Assembly (NCBI RefSeq): GCF_000025925.1 | Contig: NC_014033.1 | Span: 2,670,001-2,702,000 of the forward strand | Reading direction: 5' to 3' | From: Xylanibacter ruminicola 23 | GTDB lineage: Bacteria; Bacteroidota; Bacteroidia; Bacteroidales; Bacteroidaceae | Length of the DNA stretch: 32,000 nt | Shown: one piece after another, positions 1 to 7,597 of the stretch | How positions within the stretch are numbered: position 1 is the stretch's first letter | How the letters are laid out: every line of letters begins with the position of its first letter | The notes under the pieces: generated by a model | Told to the model about the DNA's origin: nothing | Databases searched by the model: none | What the model saw: only the letters and a program-made list of their open reading frames with translations | Translations under genes and position numbers: made by a program

Positions 1-1
1 C

Positions 2-157
2 CTGGCCTATTGCTATCCCGATTGGAACAATGGTGGTTGGCCCCGTCAGGAGTCGTACTTCAACCAGCGTTACTTCTGGGTAAACGGCGAGTTCACGCCT
101 CGCGAAACCATGCGTGGCAAGATGGCCCTCCTGGCCTATCTCTACGCCATTCGTTAG
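2..157 (+). CDS. 3' end of an unidentified protein-coding gene; the 5' part lies outside the window
   Basis: Frame 2 is open from the window edge to TAG at 155-157 (...FNQRYFWVNGEFTPRETMRGKMALLAYLYAIR*). Codon usage resembles the neighbouring genes. A strong hairpin terminator follows about 24 nt later. It is absent from the ORF track because it has no in-window start. Confidence 0.55.
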   Translation: MAYCYPDWNNGGWPRQESYFNQRYFWVNGEFTPRETMRGKMALLAYLYAIR

Positions 158-180
158 AATCCATAAACATAAAAAAAAGA

Positions 181-218
181 AACCGCCCCGCGAACTGATT
201 ACCAGTTGCGGGGCGGTT
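181..218. terminator. Bidirectional rho-independent-type terminator hairpin between convergent genes
   Basis: aaccgccccgcGaactg (181-197) pairs with cagttgcggggcggtt (203-218): about 16 bp of GC-rich stem with one bulged G and a 5-nt loop. An A-run lies upstream (170-177, a T-run for the minus-strand gene) and T-rich sequence lies downstream for the plus-strand gene. Confidence 0.8.
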
Positions 219-256
219 GATTGATTTATTGAGTTTTTTATTGCTCAACTTGTGAT

Positions 257-1723
257 TTACTTCTTAGCTTTGAAGTTCCAGTATGTACCTTCTGACCAGC
301 CACTGAATGCACCATTGTCAGGATAGGTGAGGATCATCTCAGAACCAGTAATTCTGTAAATCTGATAGTCAGTTACATAACGACCACCGGCATTAATCTC
401 GAATGGGAAGAGAGTTGCACCCTCAGTAGTCTTAAATGTTCCCTTCTTCCAACCATCGGCTGTTGAGAGGTCGATCTCATAACTACCCGAGCGGATCATA
501 CTACCATTAGCATCATAGCACTTCACGGTACCATCTTCGTTCAGAACCATTGTAGCATCGTTATTCTCCTCACCAGTAGCGGCACCTGATACAGAATGGT
601 TCAACTGACCTGTGAGCTCTGCAGCATCATCAACGCCCCACCAAACGAAATCGTTAAGGACATCGCCACGCCAGTTACCATCGGCACCGAAGTTACCCCA
701 AACATGGCCACTAGAAGAAGAGTTACCCACATTCCAGGTCCAAGTCTTCTCGCCATAGTTAGTCATCATACCCGAAACGTCAGTATCGCTCTTAAAGTTC
801 CAGTATGTTCCTTCCGACCAGCCACTGAATGCACCATTGTCAGGATAAACCAGAATCATCTGATCAGATGTCAGAGAGTAAATCCAATAATCAGTTACGT
901 AACGGCCACCAGCATTAATCTCGAATGGGAACAGTGTTGCACCCTCTGAAGTATGAAGAATACCATACTTAAAGCCATCGTGGTTATCACCAGTCCAGCC
1001 TTTGATTTCATAACTACCAGAGCGAATCTCAGTACCGTTAGCATCGTAACACTTCACGAGACCATCCTCTGTAAATACCATCGAAGCGTCGTTGCTTTCC
1101 TCACCAGTAGCAGCACCTGTTACAGAATGGCCCAACTGATCTGTAAGATCTGCGGCATCGTCAACACCCCACCAAACAAAGTCGTTAAGAGCTTCACCAC
1201 GCCAGCTACCATCGGCACCGAAGTTACCCCAAACATGGCCACTCGAAGTAGTGTTGCCCACATTCCACTTCCAAGTCTTCTTACCATAGGCATTCGAAGC
1301 AATCAGGCGAACCTCTGGCTTCAGCTCAGCAGCAACAGCTACAGTAAAATCCTTTGAAGCCACTACCTCATCACCATTACCATTGATATACTTGAAATAT
1401 ACTGTCTGATTAGGATCAGAACCACGAGCAGGCACAAAGTTGAACACACCACCAGCTGCGCCACTTGTGAGTTTGAACTCAGAGCCATCGGCCTTGATAT
1501 AGTAGATATAAATACCCGAGGCATTGGGGATATTATACTTAATCCAGTTTCCATCAGCTGCTGGAGTAGTGCAAGCCTGATCGGCATACTGAGAGAACTC
1601 AGCACCATCAAGCAGGCTATTGCTGGTATAGCTGTCGATATCCAGTGTCTTGCTATCCTTAATAGGATCACAAGCTGTGAGCATGCCCAGCGCTACTGCG
1701 AACAATAATATTGATTTTTTCAT
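257..1723 (-). CDS. Surface lipoprotein with two tandem ~165-aa repeats; putative PUL-encoded surface glycan-binding protein
   Basis: 488-aa ORF with a lipoprotein signal peptide (MKKSILLFAVALGMLTAC). It lies directly downstream of a SusC/SusD pair (38-nt gap). The internal duplication reads G(K/E)KTW.WNVGN..SSGHVWGNFGADG.WRG...FVWWGVDDAA...ATLFPFEINAGGRYVTDY.IY...MIL.YPDNGAFSGWSEGTYWNFK. I did not recognise an enzyme motif. Confidence 0.8.
   Translation of the reverse strand: MKKSILLFAVALGMLTACDPIKDSKTLDIDSYTSNSLLDGAEFSQYADQACTTPAADGNWIKYNIPNASGIYIYYIKADGSEFKLTSGAAGGVFNFVPARGSDPNQTVYFKYINGNGDEVVASKDFTVAVAAELKPEVRLIASNAYGKKTWKWNVGNTTSSGHVWGNFGADGSWRGEALNDFVWWGVDDAADLTDQLGHSVTGAATGEESNDASMVFTEDGLVKCYDANGTEIRSGSYEIKGWTGDNHDGFKYGILHTSEGATLFPFEINAGGRYVTDYWIYSLTSDQMILVYPDNGAFSGWSEGTYWNFKSDTDVSGMMTNYGEKTWTWNVGNSSSSGHVWGNFGADGNWRGDVLNDFVWWGVDDAAELTGQLNHSVSGAATGEENNDATMVLNEDGTVKCYDANGSMIRSGSYEIDLSTADGWKKGTFKTTEGATLFPFEINAGGRYVTDYQIYRITGSEMILTYPDNGAFSGWSEGTYWNFKAKK
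260..754 (-). repeat. Repeat B (aa 324-488) of the duplicated domain in the 257-1723 lipoprotein
   Basis: Aligns residue for residue with repeat A, except for the segment KGWTGDNHDGFKYGILHTS versus DLSTADGWKKGTFKTT. Confidence 0.85.
791..1285 (-). repeat. Repeat A (aa 147-311) of the duplicated domain in the 257-1723 lipoprotein
   Basis: In-frame protein-level tandem duplication with a period of about 177 aa. Exact nucleotide runs are shared with repeat B, for example ccagccactgaatgcaccattgtcaggata. Confidence 0.85.
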
Positions 1724-1761
1724 ATTGCTATTTCTCTAAATTCTTAAATCTTAATTCTTAA

Positions 1762-3621
1762 TTAATCATATACTGGGCAACCTGACATATTAGCTCCAGA
1801 GGCACTTGAACCCCAACCAGCATTCTGCTTCAGGATTTCAGGATTGCCAATGATACTGATCTGTGCGGGAGGAATCATAATGAAGCCATCGGTATCGGCA
1901 TAACGCTGAGCCCAGCTGCTACCGCCTACACCCTGACCATGGTGCATCTTTGTCCAGTGACCTGTATAGTTTACACGTGAGCCGTCCTGACGCTGCAGAG
2001 CAACAGCAGCCTCACAAGAGGCACCACCGCCTTTACCTGACCAACGACGCAGGTCGTTGAAACGGAGACCTTCGCCAGCCAGCTCGAAACGACGCTCATT
2101 CTTGATATTCTGCCAAGAATAGGTAGTAGCATCCAGACCAGCACGAGCACGTACCTTATTCATCTGGTCGGCAGTACCTGTAAGCTCAGAGTGCATCAGC
2201 ATCACGTCGGCCAAACGGAGCAGCACGATATCCGAGAAGTGGTCACCCTGCATAGAGTTACCGTTGTTGTTGGCAGCAGATGTATTGTTCTTACGATAAA
2301 CACCCCACCAGATATAAGCATCGTTATGATCATCCCAAGTAGAATTGGCACAAGTAATACCCATCCACTTCTTGTTGTAGTAACCAGCGTCCTCAGAGCA
2401 AGATGTTGTGAATACGAACTTGTCACACTCAGCCTGAGCATCGAGGATGGTAGCCTTCTTACGAGGGTCGGCATCGCTCCAGTCATCCCAAAGGTTTGCA
2501 TTGATGGTACCCTGACCCCAACCCTGTCCGAATGGGAAGGTATTCAAGTCACCATTAGCTGTACCAGCACCATCATCATCGCAACGGAGAGAGCAATACA
2601 GTTCAACCTGGTTTACAAAACCCATACCGATAGTACCACTCCAAGAACCGGCATTCATATACTGAACCTGGAACATCTCCTCATCGTTACCGTTACCAGC
2701 CCATGACTTACCAGCAGCTTTCAGATCAGCAACAAATTTGTAGTCCTGAACAGTGTACTCATTGGTGTACTGCCAAAGCAAACGGAAGTCGTCAACCAAC
2801 TTGTAACCACCATTATTGATTGCATCCTCAAGGAAGCTTACTACCTGAGCCTTGCTCAGAGAAGTGCCAGCACCCTCCTGCTCAAAGTCGAAAGTAACAT
2901 CAGCAAGATTAGCAGTAGCCAACTCACCAGCCTTCTTATAGAAGCCCTCGTAGAACATATAAGCACGTGCCAGATAACCCTCGGCAGCACCCTTAGTAGC
3001 GTGACCGTCGCCACGAGTTGTAGCACCGTGACTCATCAGGTTAGCAGCCGAAGTAAAGTCAGCCAGGATATGTGGCATAATCACATCCTCTGCACTGACC
3101 TGAGGACATGGATCGGGAGCAGCTGAAGCCCAGTAAGCAGGGATATCGCCCCAGAACTGAACGCCCCAGAGGTAGAACAAACCACGCATAAAGTAAGCCT
3201 CACCAAGCAACTGGTTACGAGTAGTTTCCTGACCAGTCCAATCGAAAGCATCTACAGCATAGATAATGGCATTGGCACGAGCAATACCTACATAAGTATT
3301 GTGCCAAGCAGCATCGAACAGATCCTCCTTATTAGCCATCAAGTGACCGATAGCATGTGACTCTACGTCGCCGGTACCACCAGCACCATTAGCATCATCC
3401 GACATGATATAGCCAACAAACCAAGGCGTTTGAAGTGGATTTGTGCTGAACTGATTCATCACGCCATACAAGGCTGCGAGCTCCTTATTCAGGTCATCAG
3501 CTGAAGCAGGATAGTTAGAACTGTTAGCCTGCGTATAATTCTTGGAATCGAGGAAGTCTTCGCAAGAAGTAAGTCCTACGGCGAAGAGCATCGCGATTGC
3601 CATCAAATATATCTTTTTCAT
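1762..3621 (-). CDS. SusD/RagB-family outer-membrane glycan-binding lipoprotein
   Basis: 619-aa ORF with lipobox LFAVGLTSC followed by EDFLD, a typical SusD N-terminus. It sits 24 nt downstream of a SusC-like gene on the same strand. Confidence 0.9.
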   Translation of the reverse strand: MKKIYLMAIAMLFAVGLTSCEDFLDSKNYTQANSSNYPASADDLNKELAALYGVMNQFSTNPLQTPWFVGYIMSDDANGAGGTGDVESHAIGHLMANKEDLFDAAWHNTYVGIARANAIIYAVDAFDWTGQETTRNQLLGEAYFMRGLFYLWGVQFWGDIPAYWASAAPDPCPQVSAEDVIMPHILADFTSAANLMSHGATTRGDGHATKGAAEGYLARAYMFYEGFYKKAGELATANLADVTFDFEQEGAGTSLSKAQVVSFLEDAINNGGYKLVDDFRLLWQYTNEYTVQDYKFVADLKAAGKSWAGNGNDEEMFQVQYMNAGSWSGTIGMGFVNQVELYCSLRCDDDGAGTANGDLNTFPFGQGWGQGTINANLWDDWSDADPRKKATILDAQAECDKFVFTTSCSEDAGYYNKKWMGITCANSTWDDHNDAYIWWGVYRKNNTSAANNNGNSMQGDHFSDIVLLRLADVMLMHSELTGTADQMNKVRARAGLDATTYSWQNIKNERRFELAGEGLRFNDLRRWSGKGGGASCEAAVALQRQDGSRVNYTGHWTKMHHGQGVGGSSWAQRYADTDGFIMIPPAQISIIGNPEILKQNAGWGSSASGANMSGCPVYD

Positions 3622-3645
3622 ATTCTTATATTCCTTATTATATTA

Positions 3646-6600
3646 TTAGAACTTAATGCTTGCACCAACGACGAATGTACGGGCTGAAGGATACAGACCT
3701 ACGTCGATACCACGTGCCCAAGAGTCCTTACCACCTGATGAACCAACTTCTGGGTCAACACCTGTATAACCAGTGAAGGTGTAAAGGTTCTGAGCCTGTA
3801 CATAGAGGCGGAGCTGGCTGAATGGAGAGTTCTTCCACAGCTTATTGAAGTTATAACCCAGGGTAATGTTCTGGATCTTGAAGTAATCGGCATTCTGCAT
3901 ATAGCGTGTAGATACCCACTGATCAGCAATCTGACCAACTGTCAGACGAGGATACTTGTTGCTGGTACCCTCACCGTGCCAACGATCGAATGCGTCAACA
4001 GTATAGCTGTTGTACTGGTTAGCCAGCAGAGCGGTACGATAGCACTGCATAACCTGCATACCGAATGCACCAGAACCCGTGATACCAAAGTCGAAGCCCT
4101 TCCACTCGCAACCCAGGCTAACACCAAGGGTTACATCGGGATGAGGATTACCAATCTCATGGCGGTCGTTATCATAGTCGATTACACCGTCGTTATCAAA
4201 GTCGTCCCAGATGGGGTCGCCAGGAACAGCACCATCAAGAACAGCCTTACCAGCAGCCTTAGCATCATCAATCTGCTGCTGATTCTGCCAGATGCCGCTA
4301 TATGACATACCATAGAAGTAACCAATTGCATGACCCTCCTGAACGCGAGATACGTATGAAGAGTTCTCGAACAGAGCCTTGGTCTGACCATTAATCAAGC
4401 CCTGATCGTTAGCAATACGAGTCACCTTATTCTTATTGGTAGCAACATTTACGTTAGCATGGTAGCTGAAGTCCTTAGAAACCTGATCGCGCCAAGAGAG
4501 AGCAACCTCGAAACCAGTATTCTTCACATCACCACCATTAATCATGGCCGACTCTTCGTATCCCAGAACCTCGTTCATAGGAGCCTGAAGCAACCAGTCC
4601 TTAGTCTTCTTAACATACCAGTCGAAGTTCAAGCCAAGCTTACCACTGATGAAGCGGGCATCGAGACCTACGTTGATCTGCTCTGAAGTCTCCCATGTTA
4701 CATCGGGGTTAGGAGCATTCTTTGCATAAGCACCTGTCTGATAGATATTGCTATCAACGGTATTGTTCATATCGCTTGAGAACTTGTAACCATAGTCAGC
4801 ATAGTCAGTTGGCGAGAAGGCAATGTTTGAGAGATAGTAGAAGTTACTAATGTTACAGTTACCATTCTGACCCCAAGAAGCACGGAACTTCAAGAAATCC
4901 AACCAACCCTTAGTGCTCTCCATGAAATTCTCGTTGGTGATCACCCAACCAGCCGAGAATGAGGGGAAGTAACCCCAGCGTTTGCCACGGGCGAAGTTTG
5001 AAGAACCATCGGCACGGATAATGGCAGTAGCCATATACTTCTCATCGTAGTTCCAGTTCACACGTCCGAAGAACGAGGCGATGCTACCCTGCATGGGGTT
5101 GGCGTAACCACCATGACCAGTCATATACTGTGTCTCGTAGTTAGCAGGAATATTGTAATCCCAGCCGTTACGAACCAGCGAGTTCAGATTCTCCTCACTA
5201 ACAGTAAAGCTCATATTCATACCAGTACTCCAGTTAGAGCGCTCGATTGACTGTCCAACGAGTACATCGATACTGTGCTTACCCAACTTTGGCAGAGCAT
5301 ACGAAAGTGTATTCTCCAAAGTAAAGCTGCTGCTCTCATACTCACCCATGTTCATACCATAGTTGGCACTTGAGCTGGTAGAGCTGGCACTGTAAGGCAG
5401 AGAGATGCTACGGTTGTTGCTGGCGCTGAAACCGGTATTGAACTGTCCGCGATACTTCAGGTTTTTAATTGGTTCGATAATCCAATAGAAAGTAGCACCC
5501 ACGCCAAAGTCACGATTCTGATTGATAGAATTGAAACCGCCATTCAGGAAGTGGTTCAATGGGTTATTATAAATCATGGTGCTATAGCCAGCGCCATTAT
5601 TCTTATATGAAGCCAGATTGCCATTAGCATCGTATGGATCAACCAGAGGCGATGCGATATAAGCAGCCTGCATGATGTTCCAGTAACCATTGCTCTCAGC
5701 CAAGTCGTGACTTCTGTGATACCAGTAGCTGACGTTCTCACCGATGGTAATCACTGAATGGTCCTTGGCCTTGAGCAGGATGTGCTCAGAGTTGATACGA
5801 CCACCATAGCGCTTGTAGTCAGATGACAGATCAGCACCACCCATGATACCCTGGTTAGAACTGTAGTTCAAGCTCATAGAGAACTTTGAATTCTCAGAAC
5901 CACCTGTCAGTGTGACAGCATGACTGAACTGCAAAGCATTCTTGTTCTCATACTCCTTGAACCAGTCGGTTCCATCCCAACCCTGGTTCACTCTGTCGAG
6001 AACCTGCTGAGGAACGAGACTTGACCAGTTGGTAGATGTTCCGTAAGTATTAAAGTTGGTTTCGTTGATCAGCTGCATATACTGGTTGGCATTCACGGTA
6101 CCAGGCACTTTATAAGCATTCGACCAACCAACATAACCATCATACTGAACCTGAATCTTACCGGCTTTACCCTGCTTAGTTGTTACCAGGATTACACCGT
6201 TAGCAGCACGTGCACCATAGATGGCAGCCGAAGCAGCATCCTTCAGCACGTCGATGCTCTCGATATCATTTGGATTCAAACCATTCAAACCATCATCAGC
6301 AGTACCAGCGTTGATACCATCGATGATCAACAATGGCGAAGAAGTACCGATAGTACCGACACCACGAATGTTTACCTTGAATCCCTTACCAGGCTGAGAA
6401 GAACTCTGGGTAATCTGTACACCAGGAGTGCTTGACTGCATGGCTGTAAGTGCGTTGGTTGTATTCAGTTTGGCGATGTCCTCACCCTTAACCTGAACGG
6501 TAGCACCGGTAACCAGCTTTTTCTTCTGAGTACCGTAACCAACAACTACCACCTCATCAAGCTGAGCATTGTCTTCCTTCAGGGTGATGCTGAGGGTTGA

Positions 6601-6909
6601 CTGGTTACCCACCTTAATTTCCTGTGTCTCATAACCGATGTACGAGATAACAAGTGTTGCACCAGGCGACACTGAGAGAGAGAAGTTTCCGTCGAAATCG
6701 GTAATAACGCCATTACCTGACTTACCTTTTTCAACTACGCTAGCTCCGATAACGGGGCCTGATGCATCGACTACAGTACCTGTAATCTTCTTCGTTGCCT
6801 GCTGGATTTCCTGAGGAGCTCCGGCGGCATAGGCATTTGAAGAGTAACCAAGACCTAAGCAGGCCATAGTACCCATCAGCAGCGCTGTCTTTCTAAAATT
6901 TCGATTCAT
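3646..6909 (-). CDS. SusC-like TonB-dependent outer-membrane transporter
   Basis: 1087-aa ORF with a signal peptide. It has an N-terminal carboxypeptidase-regulatory-like segment (KKITGTVVDASGPVIGASVV...DFDGNFSL) and TonB-box/plug motifs (LDEVVVVGYGTQKK, NIRG, IIDGI, DVLKDAASAAIYGARAANGVILVTTK). The barrel ends in a terminal F. Confidence 0.95.
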   Translation of the reverse strand: MNRNFRKTALLMGTMACLGLGYSSNAYAAGAPQEIQQATKKITGTVVDASGPVIGASVVEKGKSGNGVITDFDGNFSLSVSPGATLVISYIGYETQEIKVGNQSTLSITLKEDNAQLDEVVVVGYGTQKKKLVTGATVQVKGEDIAKLNTTNALTAMQSSTPGVQITQSSSQPGKGFKVNIRGVGTIGTSSPLLIIDGINAGTADDGLNGLNPNDIESIDVLKDAASAAIYGARAANGVILVTTKQGKAGKIQVQYDGYVGWSNAYKVPGTVNANQYMQLINETNFNTYGTSTNWSSLVPQQVLDRVNQGWDGTDWFKEYENKNALQFSHAVTLTGGSENSKFSMSLNYSSNQGIMGGADLSSDYKRYGGRINSEHILLKAKDHSVITIGENVSYWYHRSHDLAESNGYWNIMQAAYIASPLVDPYDANGNLASYKNNGAGYSTMIYNNPLNHFLNGGFNSINQNRDFGVGATFYWIIEPIKNLKYRGQFNTGFSASNNRSISLPYSASSTSSSANYGMNMGEYESSSFTLENTLSYALPKLGKHSIDVLVGQSIERSNWSTGMNMSFTVSEENLNSLVRNGWDYNIPANYETQYMTGHGGYANPMQGSIASFFGRVNWNYDEKYMATAIIRADGSSNFARGKRWGYFPSFSAGWVITNENFMESTKGWLDFLKFRASWGQNGNCNISNFYYLSNIAFSPTDYADYGYKFSSDMNNTVDSNIYQTGAYAKNAPNPDVTWETSEQINVGLDARFISGKLGLNFDWYVKKTKDWLLQAPMNEVLGYEESAMINGGDVKNTGFEVALSWRDQVSKDFSYHANVNVATNKNKVTRIANDQGLINGQTKALFENSSYVSRVQEGHAIGYFYGMSYSGIWQNQQQIDDAKAAGKAVLDGAVPGDPIWDDFDNDGVIDYDNDRHEIGNPHPDVTLGVSLGCEWKGFDFGITGSGAFGMQVMQCYRTALLANQYNSYTVDAFDRWHGEGTSNKYPRLTVGQIADQWVSTRYMQNADYFKIQNITLGYNFNKLWKNSPFSQLRLYVQAQNLYTFTGYTGVDPEVGSSGGKDSWARGIDVGLYPSARTFVVGASIKF
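6770..6834. repeat. Left arm of an inverted repeat shared by the 5' coding regions of the divergent SusC paralogs
   Basis: The reverse complement of 6770-6834 matches 7673-7737 at 61 of 65 positions by my alignment. It includes a 35-nt perfect run (6770-6804 versus 7703-7737, cagcaggcaacgaagaagattacaggtactgtagt). Confidence 0.9.
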
Positions 6910-7113
6910 ACTTAAGTTTTAAACTATAGAAAATTGGTTTGTGATAATGTCTTAGTTGGATATATTTAGTAATACTCCTATTGAACGCAGGCCTAATATA
7001 TAAATAGGTACGCGATGACTCAATAGTTAAGACGAATTGTTTCGGGTCATAATTTTCTTTATTTTAAGTTTTTATTGAGCTACAGTTTTAATCTGGATAT
7101 ACCAAATCGGTGG

Positions 7114-7121
7114 CAAATTTA
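7114..7121 (-). promoter_or_regulatory. Candidate Bacteroidetes -7 promoter box (TAAATTTG on the minus strand) for the 6909-257 operon
   Basis: It matches the TAnnTTTG consensus of Bacteroides sigma-A promoters. I found no good -33 TTTG at 19-21 nt. It implies a leader of about 200 nt. Confidence 0.35.
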
Positions 7122-7529
7122 CGCAATTATTGAGATATTTCAATAATTTTACTTGCCAAATATTGATACTTTTTTGCCTAAAATGTGTTTGAAGCTATTA
7201 AAATACTAAAATTGAGCAAAAAAAGCATAATCCCACAAAAACATGAGCGCATCAAAAACTGGCGCTTTATTAAATAATGTAAAAACTACACTATAGAGAA
7301 AACCACAAAAATGCTTCAAATTGGGTGTCATTCACCTATTTTTGGCTCAAATGAAGTGAAAAAATTAACAAACATGATACTTTTACTGTTAAAAACACCC
7401 CGTGTAGAATTAACACTTATACACCTTTTGCGTTTTATTTCGCTCGAATTTAAAGCATTCTTCCGACAATTGAGCAAAAAAGTACCATTTTTTATCAATA
7501 GTTTTTGCAGTTGTTTCGATATTTTAGCA

Positions 7530-7537
7530 TATCTTTG
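7530..7537 (+). promoter_or_regulatory. Candidate -7 promoter box (TATCTTTG) for the plus-strand SusC/D locus
   Basis: TAnnTTTG match about 60 nt upstream of the ATG at 7598, with TTTG at 7504-7507 (22-nt spacer). A second TAnnTTTG match (TATTTTTG) lies at 7337-7344. Confidence 0.45.
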
Positions 7538-7597
7538 CACCCAAGATCAATCTTAAAATCAAATAAACTCTATTTCTATAATTAAATTACTAAATGT

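Noticed and set aside
10-198. Track ORF of 62 aa at the left edge (TTG start)
   Set aside because: It runs through the terminator hairpin and has an implausible composition. Frame 2 (2-157) gives a well-behaved C-terminus that ends just before the terminator, so that frame was annotated instead.
7245-7267. Short hairpin agcgc-N11-gcgct in the intergenic region as a terminator or riboswitch element
   Set aside because: It has only a 5-bp stem with a large loop and no convincing T-run. That is too weak to call.
7311-7556. Small ORFs (81 aa plus strand, 70 aa minus strand) in the AT-rich intergenic region
   Set aside because: They overlap each other and the predicted promoter boxes. Their Lys/Phe/Leu/Ile-rich composition simply reflects AT-rich DNA, and there is no plausible translation-start context.
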